Shown in pieces: positions 50,461 through 60,809 of a stretch of 64,000 nucleotides of DNA. The number at the start of each line of letters is the position of its first letter. The stretch's first letter is position 1. The position numbers and the translations under genes were made by a program. This DNA comes from an uncultured Acidimicrobiaceae bacterium (lineage in GTDB: Bacteria > Actinomycetota > Acidimicrobiia > Acidimicrobiales > RAAP-2), in assembly GCA_963800725.1 (NCBI GenBank), contig CAWDCE010000022.1, forward strand, positions 118,575-182,574, read 5' to 3'. The notes beneath the pieces were generated by a model. The model was not told where the DNA came from, did no database searches, and worked only from the letters and a program-made list of their open reading frames with translations.

Positions 50461-51391
50461 CTACCCCGCCGCCGTGAGCAGTTCCTTGGCGGCCCGCTCG
50501 ATGTCGCTTTGGTATTTCAACAAGACATGGAGGGTGTCGCGCGCTCCCGCGGCGTCGATGGTCTCGACCCCCAAGATGACCAGGGTCCGGGCCCAGTCGA
50601 GCGTCTCGGACACCGAGGGGGCCTTGCGCAACTCCAGCGTGCGCAGCGAGCGCACGATGCGGGCCACCTGATCGGCCAGTTCCAAGGTGATCCCGGGCAC
50701 CCGCGAGCGCACGATGTCGCGTTCGCGTTCGAGATCGGGGTAATCGACGTGGAGGTACAGGCAGCGGCGCTTGAGCGCTTCGGACAACTCGCGGGTGTTG
50801 TTCGACGTCAAAAAGACCATCGGCAGCCGTGTGGCCTTGACCGTTCCGAGCTCGGGGATCGACACCTGGTACTCGCTGAGGATCTCGAGGAGCAGGGCCT
50901 CGGTCTCGAGCTCCACCCGGTCGACCTCGTCGACCAGCAGCACCGTCGGGTCGGTGGAGCGGATGGCTTCGAGCAACGGGCGGGCCAAGAGGAACTCTTC
51001 GGAGAAGATGTCCTCTTCGAGTTCCTTCCACGAAGGACCTCTCGCGCTCACCCTCGCCGTGCTCCCCCGCCTGGATGCGCAAGAGCTGCTTGCGGTAATT
51101 CCACTCATAGAGGGCCTTGGACTCGTCGAGGCCTTCGTAACACTGGAGCCGGATGAGCCGCGCCCCGGTCAGTTCGGCGACCGACTTGGCCAGTTGGGTC
51201 TTGCCGGTGCCCGCGGGTCCTTCGACCAGGACCGGCTTGGCCAGGCGGTCGGCGAGATAGACGACGCCGCTGATGGCCTCGTCGGCGAGATAGCCGACCT
51301 CGGCCAGGCCGCCGCGCACGTCGTTGAGCGAAGCGAATCGGGCGGGTCCGGCGTCGGGGAGGCCCAGACCGCTCGGTGTGGCGTTCGTCAT
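50461..51391 (-). CDS. MoxR/CoxD-type AAA+ ATPase; one frame break as sequenced
   Basis: Walker [33 protein letters not shown]...|...Walker [10 protein letters not shown], sensor region [17 protein letters not shown]. The ATG at 51391 overlaps the proA stop (ATGA). The break is near 51040. Confidence 0.85.
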
Positions 51392-52643
51392 CGACGCACC
51401 TGCCCGTCGCCGCGCACGACCCATTTGGTGCTAGTCAACTCTCGTACTCCCATCGGTCCGCGGGCATGAAGTTTTTGGGTGGAGATTCCCACCTCGGCAC
51501 CGAGCCCGAGTTCGTTGCCGTCAATGAAGCGGGTCGACGCGTTGATCAGCACGGCCGCGGCGTCGACCTCGGTCACGAAGCGCTCCGCCGTGTGCACGTC
51601 GCTGGTCACAATGGCCTCCGAATGTCCCGAGCTGTACCGCGCGATGTGATCGATTGCGGCATCGAGGTCGTCGACCACGCCGACCGCCACGATCGGGCCC
51701 AGGAATTCGGTGGCAAAGTCGTCGTCACTTGCCGCCACCGCGTCGGGGACCAGTGCGCGCACCGCCTCGTCGCCGCGCACCTCAACGTCGGCCGCGGCCA
51801 TGGCCCGGGCCAGCTCGGGCACGAAGACCTCGGCTACGCCGCACGTGGACGAGGATGGTCTCGGCCGCGTTGCAGACACCGAAGCGCTGCGTCTTGGCGT
51901 TGAGCGCGATCTCCAGCGCCATGTTGAGGTCGGCGGCCGAATCGACATAGACGTGGCAATTGCCGTCACCATCGAGCACGTAGGGCACACTGGCATGCTC
52001 GAGCATCGATGCGATCAACGACGGGCCGCCCCGCGGGATCAGGCAGTCGATCAGGCCGCGCAGCTGCATGAAATTCGACGGCGGTCTCGTGGGAGATGTC
52101 CTCGACCAGGGCAACCGAGTCGGCCGGGAGTCCGGCCTTGACGCAGGCCCGCCGCAGGAGGGCCACCACCGCCTGGTTCGACGCCAAGGCCGAGCCCGAG
52201 CCACGCAAGAATGCGGCGTTGCCCGCCTTGAGGCACAGACCGGCGGCGTCACTCGTCACGTTGGGCCGGTTCTCGTAGATCACCCCAATGACACCGAGCG
52301 GCACACGCACGCGGGTCACCGCCAGCCCGTTGGGGCGGACCCACCCTTCGACGACTTCGCCGACGGGGTCACCAAGCGCGGCCATACTGCGCAGACCGGC
52401 CGCCATGGCGTGGACCCGATCCTCACTGAGGCGCAGGCGATCCAGGGCGGCGGGGGCCAGACCCGCAACCTCGGCCCGGGACAAGTCGGCCGCATTGGCC
52501 TCCAACACCGTGGCCCATTCGGCGTCCAAGAGATCAGCTGCCATCAAGAGCGCCTCGTCACGGACCACGACCGACGAACGTGCGACCAGGCGTGCGGCAG
52601 CCTGGACGCGCCGCGCCAGCTGCTCAAGTGCCGGTGAAGTCAC
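51388..52643 (-). CDS. proA: glutamate-5-semialdehyde dehydrogenase; two frame breaks as sequenced
   Basis: [13 protein letters not shown]...[13 protein letters not shown]...ETAVEF|[15 protein letters not shown]...[10 protein letters not shown]...[14 protein letters not shown]|...[32 protein letters not shown]. Breaks fall near 52072 and 51845. Confidence 0.85.
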
Positions 52644-52647
52644 CCAA

Positions 52648-53748
52648 TTAGCGTACAAGGACCAGGTCGTCGCGGTGCACGACCAGGTGGGACATGTCCT
52701 CGGGCAGCTGATCGCTTCGACGACCGACCCACTGCGTCGAGCGCTTCGCCGCCAGGCGGACCAGGCCCTTCGCAAAGACGCTGCCGTCAGGTCCAACTAT
52801 CTCGACGGCGTCGTCGGGACCGAACGTGCCCGCAACCGACACCACGCCCGCAGGCAACAAGGATCGGCCGTCTTCGCTGAGCGCCCGCTGCGCTCCGGCA
52901 TCGACCACCAAGGAGCCCGAGGCCGCCAAGGCGAAGGCGATCCAGAGTTTTCGGGCCGAGAGGCGTTCGGATCTCGGGCGAAAGACCGTCCCGACACCGG
53001 GCACGCCCGAGATGGCCGCGGCGAGCACCCCGGGGCGGGCGGCATCGGCGATGACGGTCTCGACGCCCGACCATGTCGCCATCTTCGCCGCCGCCAACTT
53101 CGAGGCCATCCCGCCGCTGCCCTCGACCGTGCCCGGGCCCCCCGCCATCGACTCAAGTTGTTGGTCGATTTCGACGACTTCTTCGATCAGCGACGCTTCG
53201 GCGACGTGGCGGGGATCGGCGGTCAAGAGGCCGGGCGCATCGGTCAAGAGCAACAACAAGTCGGCGCGCACCAGGTGGGCCACCAACGCCGCCAGCCGGT
53301 CGTTGTCGCCGAAACGGATCTCCTCGTCGGCGACGGCATCATTTTCATTGACCACCGCCACCACGCCGAGGTCGTTGAGATGCCCGAGGGTGTCGCGCGC
53401 GTGGAGATACTGGATGCGGTGACCAAAGTCGAGGGGGGCCAACAGCACCTGGCCGGCCAAGAGCTGATGGGGGTCGAGGGCTTCTTGCCACATCTTCATG
53501 AGGCGGTGCTGGCCCACCGCCGAGACCGCTTGGAGCACCGCCGGGTCGCTCGGTCGGCTCTCCCCGCGCCCAAGGGCGGCCCAGCCGGCCGCGATGGCGC
53601 CCGAAGTGACGACCACCACCCGGTGTCGAGCTGCGCGTGCCTCGGCGATCTCGGCCGACAAGCGCTGCACCGTGTCGGCCGTGACCGACGACGAACCGAG
53701 CTTGAGGACGACCGACTTGGCGCCGCGGCCCGCGTCAGCTCCGCTCAC
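52648..53748 (-). CDS. proB: glutamate 5-kinase with PUA domain
   Basis: SVVLKLGSSSV, VVVVTSGAIAAG, FGDNDRLAA and a C-terminal PUA domain. Intact 366 aa from a GTG start. Confidence 0.9.
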   Translation of the reverse strand: MSGADAGRGAKSVVLKLGSSSVTADTVQRLSAEIAEARAARHRVVVVTSGAIAAGWAALGRGESRPSDPAVLQAVSAVGQHRLMKMWQEALDPHQLLAGQVLLAPLDFGHRIQYLHARDTLGHLNDLGVVAVVNENDAVADEEIRFGDNDRLAALVAHLVRADLLLLLTDAPGLLTADPRHVAEASLIEEVVEIDQQLESMAGGPGTVEGSGGMASKLAAAKMATWSGVETVIADAARPGVLAAAISGVPGVGTVFRPRSERLSARKLWIAFALAASGSLVVDAGAQRALSEDGRSLLPAGVVSVAGTFGPDDAVEIVGPDGSVFAKGLVRLAAKRSTQWVGRRSDQLPEDMSHLVVHRDDLVLVR

Positions 53749-55021
53749 TGCTCGCCCCAGGTGAAGGTCAGCTCGCCCACGGTGACCTCGTCGCCCTCGC
53801 GCACCCCGGCTCTCGAGAGTGCCCGGTCGACCCCGAGTCGGCGCAGGCGCTTGACCGCCTCTTCGAGCGCGCCGTCGTCATTGAGGTCCGAAAACGCCAC
53901 GGCGCGTTCGGCGGTGCGTCCGAGCACGCGCCAGTGGCCCCCGCCCGTCCGCTGCACCGACACCCCTTCGGGCACCGGCCGATGGATGACCACCGCGCTG
54001 GTGGCTTCGACCGTCGCCGCAGAGCGCACCTGGTCGACCATCGCGGCCAGGCGTTGGACCAATGCGGTCACCCCGACCCCGGTCGCCGAGGAGATCAGCA
54101 GTTCGATCGGTCCGTCCTGGCCGCTGACCCCGCGCACCGCGCCGGGCGCGTGGAGATCGTCTTTGGACCCGACCACGATCCGCGGCCGCGCCAAGAGCTC
54201 GGGCTGGTAGTCGCCCAACTCGCCCAACAAGATGCGCAGCTGATCGTCGGGGGTGCACGCGGCGTGGGGGTCGAGGTCCACAAGCACCACGAGTACACGC
54301 GCCCGCTCGATGTGACGCAAGAAGCGGTGCCCGAGCCCTTTGCCCTGGGCGGCCCCTTCCACCAGACCGGGGATGTCGGCCATGACAAACTCGGTGCCGT
54401 CACGCATCGAACCGACGCGCACCACGCCAAGATGAGGCTCAAGGGTCGTAAAGGGGTAGTCGGCGATCTTGGGTTTGGCGGCCGAAACGGTCGAAATGAG
54501 GGTCGACTTGCCCGCGTTTGGAAACCCGACCAACGCCACGTCGGCCATGAGCTTGAGTTCCATGTCGAGCCACCGCTCTTGGCCCTTCTCGCCCTGCTCG
54601 GCGAACGCAGGGGCCCGGCGCCGGTTGGAGAGGAATCGGGCATTGCCCCTTCCCCCTGGCCGCCCTCGGCGATGAGGAAGCGGTCGCCGTCGTTGACCAG
54701 ATCGCACTGGACCACGCCGAGGTTGTCGCGCACCACCGTGCCGACGGGGACCTGGACAATGACGTCTTTTCCCCGGGCCCCGTGCTTCTTGGCCCCCTGG
54801 CCGTGCACCCCGTCGGTGGCCCGGCGGAACGGATGGTCTCGAAACCCGAGCAAGGAAGCCTGATTCACCGAAGCCACCAGCCAGACATCTCCGCCGTGGC
54901 CGCCATCGCCGCCATCGGGACCGCCCCGATCGACATGGGCCTCACGGCGCCACGACACCGCCCCCGCTCCCCCGTCACCGGCTCGCGCGTGCAGTTGGGC
55001 CTGATCGACGAATCCGGACAT
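53745..55021 (-). CDS. obg: GTPase Obg/CgtA; one frame break as sequenced
   Basis: Gly-rich Obg fold (GDGGAGAVSWRRE...GGPDGGDGGHGGDV), then AEGGQG|GRGNARF, G1 GFPNAGKST, G3 DIPGLVEGA, and a C-terminal OCT-like domain. The break is at the C5 run 54652-54656. Confidence 0.9.
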
Positions 55022-55047
55022 GGGCGTGCCAGCCTACTGGCGCTTGC

Positions 55048-56367
55048 TCAGGCCCCCTCGGCGCGAAATGTGGCCCTCCGGGCCCGCTGCGCCACCTCGG
55101 TGCGGGCCGCCACCCGATCGGTGCGCACATTGTGCCCGGCGCGGATCACCTGATCCCCGCCCACCCACACGTCGGTGACCAGGTGCCCGGTCCCGGCCCA
55201 GACCAGGTGCCCGAGCAGTTCGGCCTGATCGAGGGCGGGGGTGAAACGGGCATCGTCGGTGCGCAGGCGAATGAAATCGGCTGCCCGGCCGATCTCGAGC
55301 GCCCCCACCGCGAGCCCGAGTGCCTCGGCCCCGTCTCGGGTGGCGAGCCGCAGCGCCTCGGAGGAAGTCAACGCGGCGGGGTCGGTGGCGCTGGCACGGG
55401 CCAAGAGCGCCGCGAGGCGCATCTCGTCCCACAGGTGGAGGTCGTCATTGGAGGCCGGCCCGTCGGTGCCGAGCCCCACCACCAGCCCGTGGCCGCGCAT
55501 GGCGCTCAACCTGGCCATGCCCGCTCCGAGCTTTCCATTCGAACCGGGGCAGTGGGCCACGGCCACCTGGTGCTCGGCCAGCAGGGCCATCTCTTGATCA
55601 TCGAGCCAGACGCAATGGGCCGCGATCACCCGGCCATCGAACACCCCGAGCGAAGCGAGATGGTGCGGTGCCCCCATGCCGTGGCGTTCGCGCACCAGCG
55701 CACCTTCGGCCTCGGTCTCGGCCAGGTGAATCTGGATCAGCGCGTCACGCTCCGCCGCCGCATGCGCGACGGCCACCAAGGCCTCGGGCGGCAAGCTGTA
55801 GGCGGCGTGGGGGCCGAAGCCGAGATGGAGCCGGTCTTCGCGCCCGTTGAATTCGTCGAACATGGCGCAGGCCTCATCGAGCTGACGCACCCACTCGCGT
55901 TCGGGCCCGTGGCCCGGCACGTCGAAGATCCCCGGCGTCAAGACGCACCGGATCCCCGAATCAATCGCCGCGGCGGCGACCACCCCGGGATGACGGTACT
56001 GCTCGCAGGTGGTGGTCACCCCGCCGCTCAACAGCTCGTCGGCCCCGAGCGTCATGCCCCAATAGACGTCGTCGTCGCTGAGCCTCGCCTCGCGCGGCCA
56101 CACCGCCTCGTTCAGCCACCGATCGAGGGGGAGCCCGTCGCCGGCGCTGCGCAGCAACGTCATGGGCGAATGGGCATGGCAGTTGACCAGTCCGGGCATC
56201 AACAGGCCGCCGAGGTGCTCGACCGTCGTCGCTGCGGCCGCGGCCACCTTGGTCGGGTCGCCGACCCAGGTGATGCGATCGCCCTCGAACTCGAGCGCGC
56301 CTGGCTGGTAGACCGTGTCGCCTTCGTCGACACTAAAAACCGCGTCGGCCACGACACGATGCGTCAT
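55048..56367 (-). CDS. amidohydrolase, ATZ/TRZ subfamily (MtaD-like nucleoside/nucleobase deaminase)
   Basis: LMPGLVNCHAHSPMT (HxH), HLAETEAE, AAHCVWL and GLGTDGPASNDDL. Intact 439 aa. Confidence 0.8.
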   Translation of the reverse strand: MTHRVVADAVFSVDEGDTVYQPGALEFEGDRITWVGDPTKVAAAAATTVEHLGGLLMPGLVNCHAHSPMTLLRSAGDGLPLDRWLNEAVWPREARLSDDDVYWGMTLGADELLSGGVTTTCEQYRHPGVVAAAAIDSGIRCVLTPGIFDVPGHGPEREWVRQLDEACAMFDEFNGREDRLHLGFGPHAAYSLPPEALVAVAHAAAERDALIQIHLAETEAEGALVRERHGMGAPHHLASLGVFDGRVIAAHCVWLDDQEMALLAEHQVAVAHCPGSNGKLGAGMARLSAMRGHGLVVGLGTDGPASNDDLHLWDEMRLAALLARASATDPAALTSSEALRLATRDGAEALGLAVGALEIGRAADFIRLRTDDARFTPALDQAELLGHLVWAGTGHLVTDVWVGGDQVIRAGHNVRTDRVAARTEVAQRARRATFRAEGA

Positions 56368-56377
56368 GGGCGCTGCG

Positions 56378-57070
56378 TCACGCCGCGGAGACGAACAGCC
56401 GGTGCGACAGTGCCGCGGGAAGGCGCAAAGGGTCTTCGGTCCCTTCCACCACTACCTCGAGCGATCCGTCGCTGGCGCGACCATCGACCACGGCCCACGC
56501 ACCCGGGATGAAGCCGCCCCCGTCGAGGAGAGCCAGGGAGCCCATGTTGAGCTCGACCTCTTCGCTGATGCGCAAGAGCTGGACGTGCTCTCCATCGGCC
56601 ACCTCGGCCAGCGGCCGGGTGGGGCCGCTCGGGCGCTGCGAGTGTGATCCGGGGATCGGATTGCCGTGTGGGCAGGTGGCGGGATCGCCCAACAGCTCGA
56701 TCAGGCGGGCTTCGACGTCGTCGGAGATGACATGCTCCCACCGGCCCGCCTCTCGATGGACCTTGTGCCACTCGAGTCCAATCACGTCGACCAAGAGGCG
56801 CTCGGCGAGCCGGTGCTTGCGCACCACCTTTTCCGCCAACCCCAGCCCCTGCTCGGTCAGATCGAGACGTCGGCCATCCCTGGTCACGTACCCCTCGTCG
56901 ATCAGGCGCTCGAGCATCTCGGACACCGACGGGGCGGAGCGGCCGAGGCGTTCGGCGATGCGGGCCTGGATGACTGGGGTCCCCTCTTCGGCCAACGAGA
57001 GCATCGTTTCGAGATACTCCTCCACCGGTGGGTGGTATTCCTTTTGCGCATGCGTCGGCTCAGTCGGCAT
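56378..57070 (-). CDS. DtxR/IdeR/MntR family metal-dependent transcriptional regulator
   Basis: [40 protein letters not shown] (wHTH), metal-site region HRLAERLL...[14 protein letters not shown]...CPHGNPIP, and a C-terminal SH3/FeoA-like domain. ATG at 57070. Confidence 0.85.
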   Translation of the reverse strand: MPTEPTHAQKEYHPPVEEYLETMLSLAEEGTPVIQARIAERLGRSAPSVSEMLERLIDEGYVTRDGRRLDLTEQGLGLAEKVVRKHRLAERLLVDVIGLEWHKVHREAGRWEHVISDDVEARLIELLGDPATCPHGNPIPGSHSQRPSGPTRPLAEVADGEHVQLLRISEEVELNMGSLALLDGGGFIPGAWAVVDGRASDGSLEVVVEGTEDPLRLPAALSHRLFVSAA

Positions 57071-58988
57071 GACAGTGCCCACCTCCATTCGACGAGGGGG
57101 GTACGTCGAGGGCCGGGTTGCGATCGAAGAAGCCGACGGGGACCAGCGAGAACCCGGTGTATTCGACCGGCATGACCGGCCAGTCCTCGGGTCGGGGCAG
57201 GTGCGTGATCCCAAAGGAGTGCCACACCACGATGTCGGTGTCGACAATGGAGCGGTCCTGGCGCGTCCAGGTCGCCAAGCCCTCCCCACCGGCCGACTGG
57301 TTGGGGTATTCCCCCGCGGCGCGTCGCTCCTCCTCGTTGAAGGGCGTGACCCACAAGTTGTGGGCCGCGGAACTCGGCCCGCCGGCCCACACTCGAGGTC
57401 GGGTCGGCCAAGAGCGTCGGGGTGGCGGCGGGCAAGAGCTTGTAGGCCGTTGGTTGCCCGACCGCGTTGGTCTTGGTGCGGTTCGCAATCTTCCAGGTCC
57501 GGCTGCGCGACGGGTCGACGCGGCGCCGGGCCTCAAGCTCGTGCTCGAGCAGGGTCACGCTCGGCGAGAAGGCGTTGTCCCAAGGGTTGTCGTCCCCGGG
57601 CGGCGACGCCACGGCGTCGACCTCGAGGACCGAATTGTCGGGCCGTCGACCTCGACGTCGAGGCGGACGTTGAAGAGGTGCTGGTGCATCGGCGCAGCCA
57701 AACCGGGGGCGACCATGTTGGCGTGGGGACCCGGGTCGTCGCCGTCGACGGCCATGGGCGACATGATCCCGGTCAGCTTCACCTCGAGTTGCATGCTGCC
57801 GTCGAGGTAGAAGTACCAGTAGAACCCGTACTCGTAGTTCCCAACCGTTGCGATGGAGCTGACGACCAGGCGGCGCGAGCGGCGCACCTCGGCCCGGCCC
57901 GACGGCAGGTCGACGTGCTTCCACAAGATCCCGTAGTCCTCTTCGTGCATGCAGATGGCGTTGGCCCGGGTCCGCGGCTTGCCCCGCTCGTCCGCAAAGA
58001 CATCGTCGAAGTAGTAGATCTCCCCGAGGCAGTCGCACCCGAGCGTCAAGGAGTTCGCCATGCGACCAAGACCCCATTCCCCGGCGTCAAAGGCGCTCTT
58101 CCACGCGTGCATCGCACCGGGATGCCCATAGGGCACGACCATCTCGGACACCGACGCCCGGTAAAGAATGGGGCGGGTCACTCCGGCGTCGTCGTAGGCA
58201 ACGGTGTGCAGCACGAGGCCCTCGAGCGGGTCCATGCCGACGCGCAACGACCACTTCTGCCAGCGCACCAGATTGCCGTCGACTACGAAGCTCGGCCCCT
58301 CGGGCTGGGTGATTTCGAGCGGCTTGAGATCGGTGCGCAACGGCGCGTTGTCTTCGGGGTAATAGCTCCCCGACAACGGGGGGAAGGGCACGACCCCGAG
58401 GTCGAGAACCTCGAGAACCTCACCGGCCCCACCGTCGACGTAGGCCATGAGGCCCTCGAGGGGCCGGGCATATCCGTTGTCCTCGGTGGACGTGCGCAGG
58501 TAGGCGAGGCAGCGGAAGATCCGCCGCTTGTGCTCGTGCACCACACCGAACGTCCCGGCCGGCCACGGATCGATCTGCACCAGCGAGGTGTCCTCTATGC
58601 CGCGCCGCTTGAGGGCGGCATTCCACTCGCCGCTCTCGTGCAGTGCAATGAGCGCGCGGATGGCATCGTCCATCTGGAGTGCGGGGCGCACGTCGTCGAC
58701 CTCTCGCCAGCTGTCGATGGTGCCCCTCGTCACCGAGACCACCGCCTCGACCACGTTGGCCGAGGGTCCCATCAAGAGCTGGAACCGCACCCGGCGATCG
58801 GGTGTCACGTCCTCACCGCGGTCAACGGCACGGACCAGGTCTTTGGGGGGCTCGCACAGGCCGACATAGGCGAAGCGGACATCCTCGAAGGCAATGGTGG
58901 CCCGACCGCTTTCTTCGATGATCTGGCGGGCCCGGTTGATCTCGTCGCCGTCGAGCGGGGCCAATGGGTGCTGGACTGGATTCGTCAT
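57060..58988 (-). CDS. copper-containing (topaquinone) primary amine oxidase; two frame breaks as sequenced
   Basis: [17 protein letters not shown]... (ATG 58988), TPQ consensus [13 protein letters not shown], Cu ligands HQHLF, then VEVDGP|DNSVLEVD...|[25 protein letters not shown]...[19 protein letters not shown]. The breaks are at the G3 run 57640-57642 and near 57369. The stop overlaps the DtxR start by 11 nt. Confidence 0.85.
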
Positions 58989-59039
58989 GTCGGGGGCAAT
59001 GCTACGCGGCCAGGGGCGGGGACCCCGTAGGGTGCTTCC

Positions 59040-59825
59040 ATGTCCGATTTGGGTGATCGACCGCTGCGCACGGCCCGCGAGCTGGTCCGCCGCACCGGGG
59101 TCGACCACCACGATGTCCTGGTCATTCTCGGGAGTGGGCTGGCCCACACCGCCGAGTTGCTGGGCGCTTCGGGCCCGTCCCTCCCGCTCGCCACCTTGCC
59201 CTTCTTCCCCCGCTACACCGCGACCGGGCACCACGCCGAGGCGTGGTCCCTGACCATTGGCGACAAGGTTGTCTTGGTCTTCGCCGGACGCTGCCACCTC
59301 TATGAGGGCATCGAGGTGGCCGAAGTCGTCCATCCGCTCCGCACCGGGATCGCTGCGGGTTGCTCGACGGTGATCCTCACCGCCGCGGTGGGCGGACTCG
59401 ACCCCGCCCTCGCTGAGGGTTCGGTCGTCGCGGTGTCCGATCAGATCAACCTGACCGGGCGTTCCCCGCTCCTTGGTCCCCAGTTCATCGACATGGTCGA
59501 CGCCTACGACGCACAGCTCCGTGAGGCCGCCCGGGCCACGCCGGACATCGAACCTTTGCGCGACGCCGTCTACGCCCAGGTGCTCGGGCCCCAGTTCGAG
59601 ACCAAGGCCGAGGTGGCCATGCTGCGCCAGATGGGTGCCGACGTGGTCGGCATGTCCATGGCGATCGAGACCATTGCGGCCCGCGACGCCGGAGCGCGGG
59701 TCCTCGGGCTTGGGGTGGTCACCAACGAGTCGGCCGGGCGCTCGGGCGACATCGCCCAGGCGGCGGCGCACGCCGCACCGACGGTGGCCGCCATCATTGG
59801 CCACGTCGTAGGGTCACTTCGGTGA
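59040..59825 (+). CDS. purine nucleoside phosphorylase (trimeric PunA type)
   Basis: VLVILGSGL, GHHAEAW, GRCHLYEG, LGPQFETKAEVAMLRQMGADVVGMSMAIE and VTNES. Intact 261 aa. Confidence 0.85.
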   Translation: MSDLGDRPLRTARELVRRTGVDHHDVLVILGSGLAHTAELLGASGPSLPLATLPFFPRYTATGHHAEAWSLTIGDKVVLVFAGRCHLYEGIEVAEVVHPLRTGIAAGCSTVILTAAVGGLDPALAEGSVVAVSDQINLTGRSPLLGPQFIDMVDAYDAQLREAARATPDIEPLRDAVYAQVLGPQFETKAEVAMLRQMGADVVGMSMAIETIAARDAGARVLGLGVVTNESAGRSGDIAQAAAHAAPTVAAIIGHVVGSLR

Positions 59826-60196
59826 CCCACGCACCCAAGGGCATCGACCACGTCGCCCTCAACGTCGACGATGTCCCCGCAGCCATTGGCTTCTACACCG
59901 AGGTCATGGGCTTGACCTTGCGCGACGACCGGCCCGACTTCGGGATTGCGGGGGCCTGGCTCGACGCCGGCGGCCAACAGGTCCACCTCATTGAGTTGCC
60001 GCCGCCCAACAACATGGGGCAGCACTTCGCGCTGCTCTACGCAGATATTGGCGAGGTGGTCGAACGCCTACGCGCCCAGGGCACTCCGGTCAGCGACCCG
60101 ACCCCGAGCAGCCCCGGTCGTCGCCAGGCCTTCCTCCAAGATCCTTTCGGCAACACCATCGAACTCCACCAGCACGACGTTGCGGCCGCCGACTGA
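59822..60196 (+). CDS. VOC (glyoxalase/bleomycin resistance/dioxygenase) family protein
   Basis: GIDHVALNVDDVPAAIGFYTEVMGL...QHFALL...FLQDPFGNTIELHQ. It has a 4-nt overlap with the PNP stop. Confidence 0.75.
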   Translation: MTHAPKGIDHVALNVDDVPAAIGFYTEVMGLTLRDDRPDFGIAGAWLDAGGQQVHLIELPPPNNMGQHFALLYADIGEVVERLRAQGTPVSDPTPSSPGRRQAFLQDPFGNTIELHQHDVAAAD

Positions 60197-60205
60197 GGTG
60201 CGGGC

Positions 60206-60460
60206 TTAGACGCTGGTGACGATGTCGACGTGCTTGCGGCCACGTCGTTCACCGAACTTGACCACGCCGTCGGCGGTGGCAAAGAGTGTGTCGTCTCCAC
60301 CGCGCCCGACGTTGGCCCCGGGGTAGAACTTGGTGCCGCGCTGACGCACGATGATCGAGCCGGCGGTCACCGCGGTGCCGTCGAACTCCTTGACCCCGAG
60401 GCGCTGCGCCTGTGAATCGCGTCCGTTTCGGGTGGACCCGCCACCCTTGGTCTTTGACAT
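60206..60460 (-). CDS. rpmA: 50S ribosomal protein L27
   Basis: [20 protein letters not shown]...[15 protein letters not shown]. Confidence 0.95.
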   Translation of the reverse strand: MSKTKGGGSTRNGRDSQAQRLGVKEFDGTAVTAGSIIVRQRGTKFYPGANVGRGGDDTLFATADGVVKFGERRGRKHVDIVTSV

Positions 60461-60482
60461 AGCTGCTCCTGCCCTCTCGCCC

Positions 60483-60797
60483 TCAGCCCGCGGCCGTGAT
60501 GGCGGTGATTTCCAAGGTGGCGTAGTGCTGGCGGTGGCCCCAACGGCGCCGCTGGTTCGACTTGTTCTTGTAGGTCATGGCGTTGATCTTGGGACCCTTT
60601 TCCTCACCGACCACCTTGGCGGTGACCGATGCCCCCGCGAGCTGGTCCGGGGTGGCGAGCACCGTGGTGCCGTCGACGACGAGGACGGGTTCGAGCGCAA
60701 TTTCGGTGCCGACCGGCTGACCTAACAGCTCGACGCGCAGGCGCTGGCCCTCGGCCACCCGCTCCTGCTTTCCACCCGACTTAATGACCGCATACAT
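60483..60797 (-). CDS. rplU: 50S ribosomal protein L21
   Basis: [18 protein letters not shown]...[24 protein letters not shown]. Confidence 0.95.
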   Translation of the reverse strand: MYAVIKSGGKQERVAEGQRLRVELLGQPVGTEIALEPVLVVDGTTVLATPDQLAGASVTAKVVGEEKGPKINAMTYKNKSNQRRRWGHRQHYATLEITAITAAG

Positions 60798-60809
60798 AAG
60801 GAGGAGATA

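Noticed and set aside
52288-54210. 640-aa plus-strand ORF
   Set aside because: It is antisense to proA, proB and obg. Low-complexity R/A/S/T-rich translation.
56508-59030. 840-aa plus-strand ORF
   Set aside because: It is antisense to the DtxR regulator and the copper amine oxidase, both of which have clear family motifs. No recognisable domains.
57555-59804. 749-aa minus-strand ORF suggesting a much longer amine oxidase
   Set aside because: The N-terminal 272 codons are antisense to the well-supported PNP gene and lack any family similarity. Conserved amine oxidase sequence starts at ATG 58988.
60798-60809. AAGGAGGAG on the plus strand, resembling a strong Shine-Dalgarno site
   Set aside because: No plus-strand ORF follows it. 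It lies in the 12-nt spacer between the minus-strand rne stop and rplU start, so on the coding strand it reads CTCCTCCTT.
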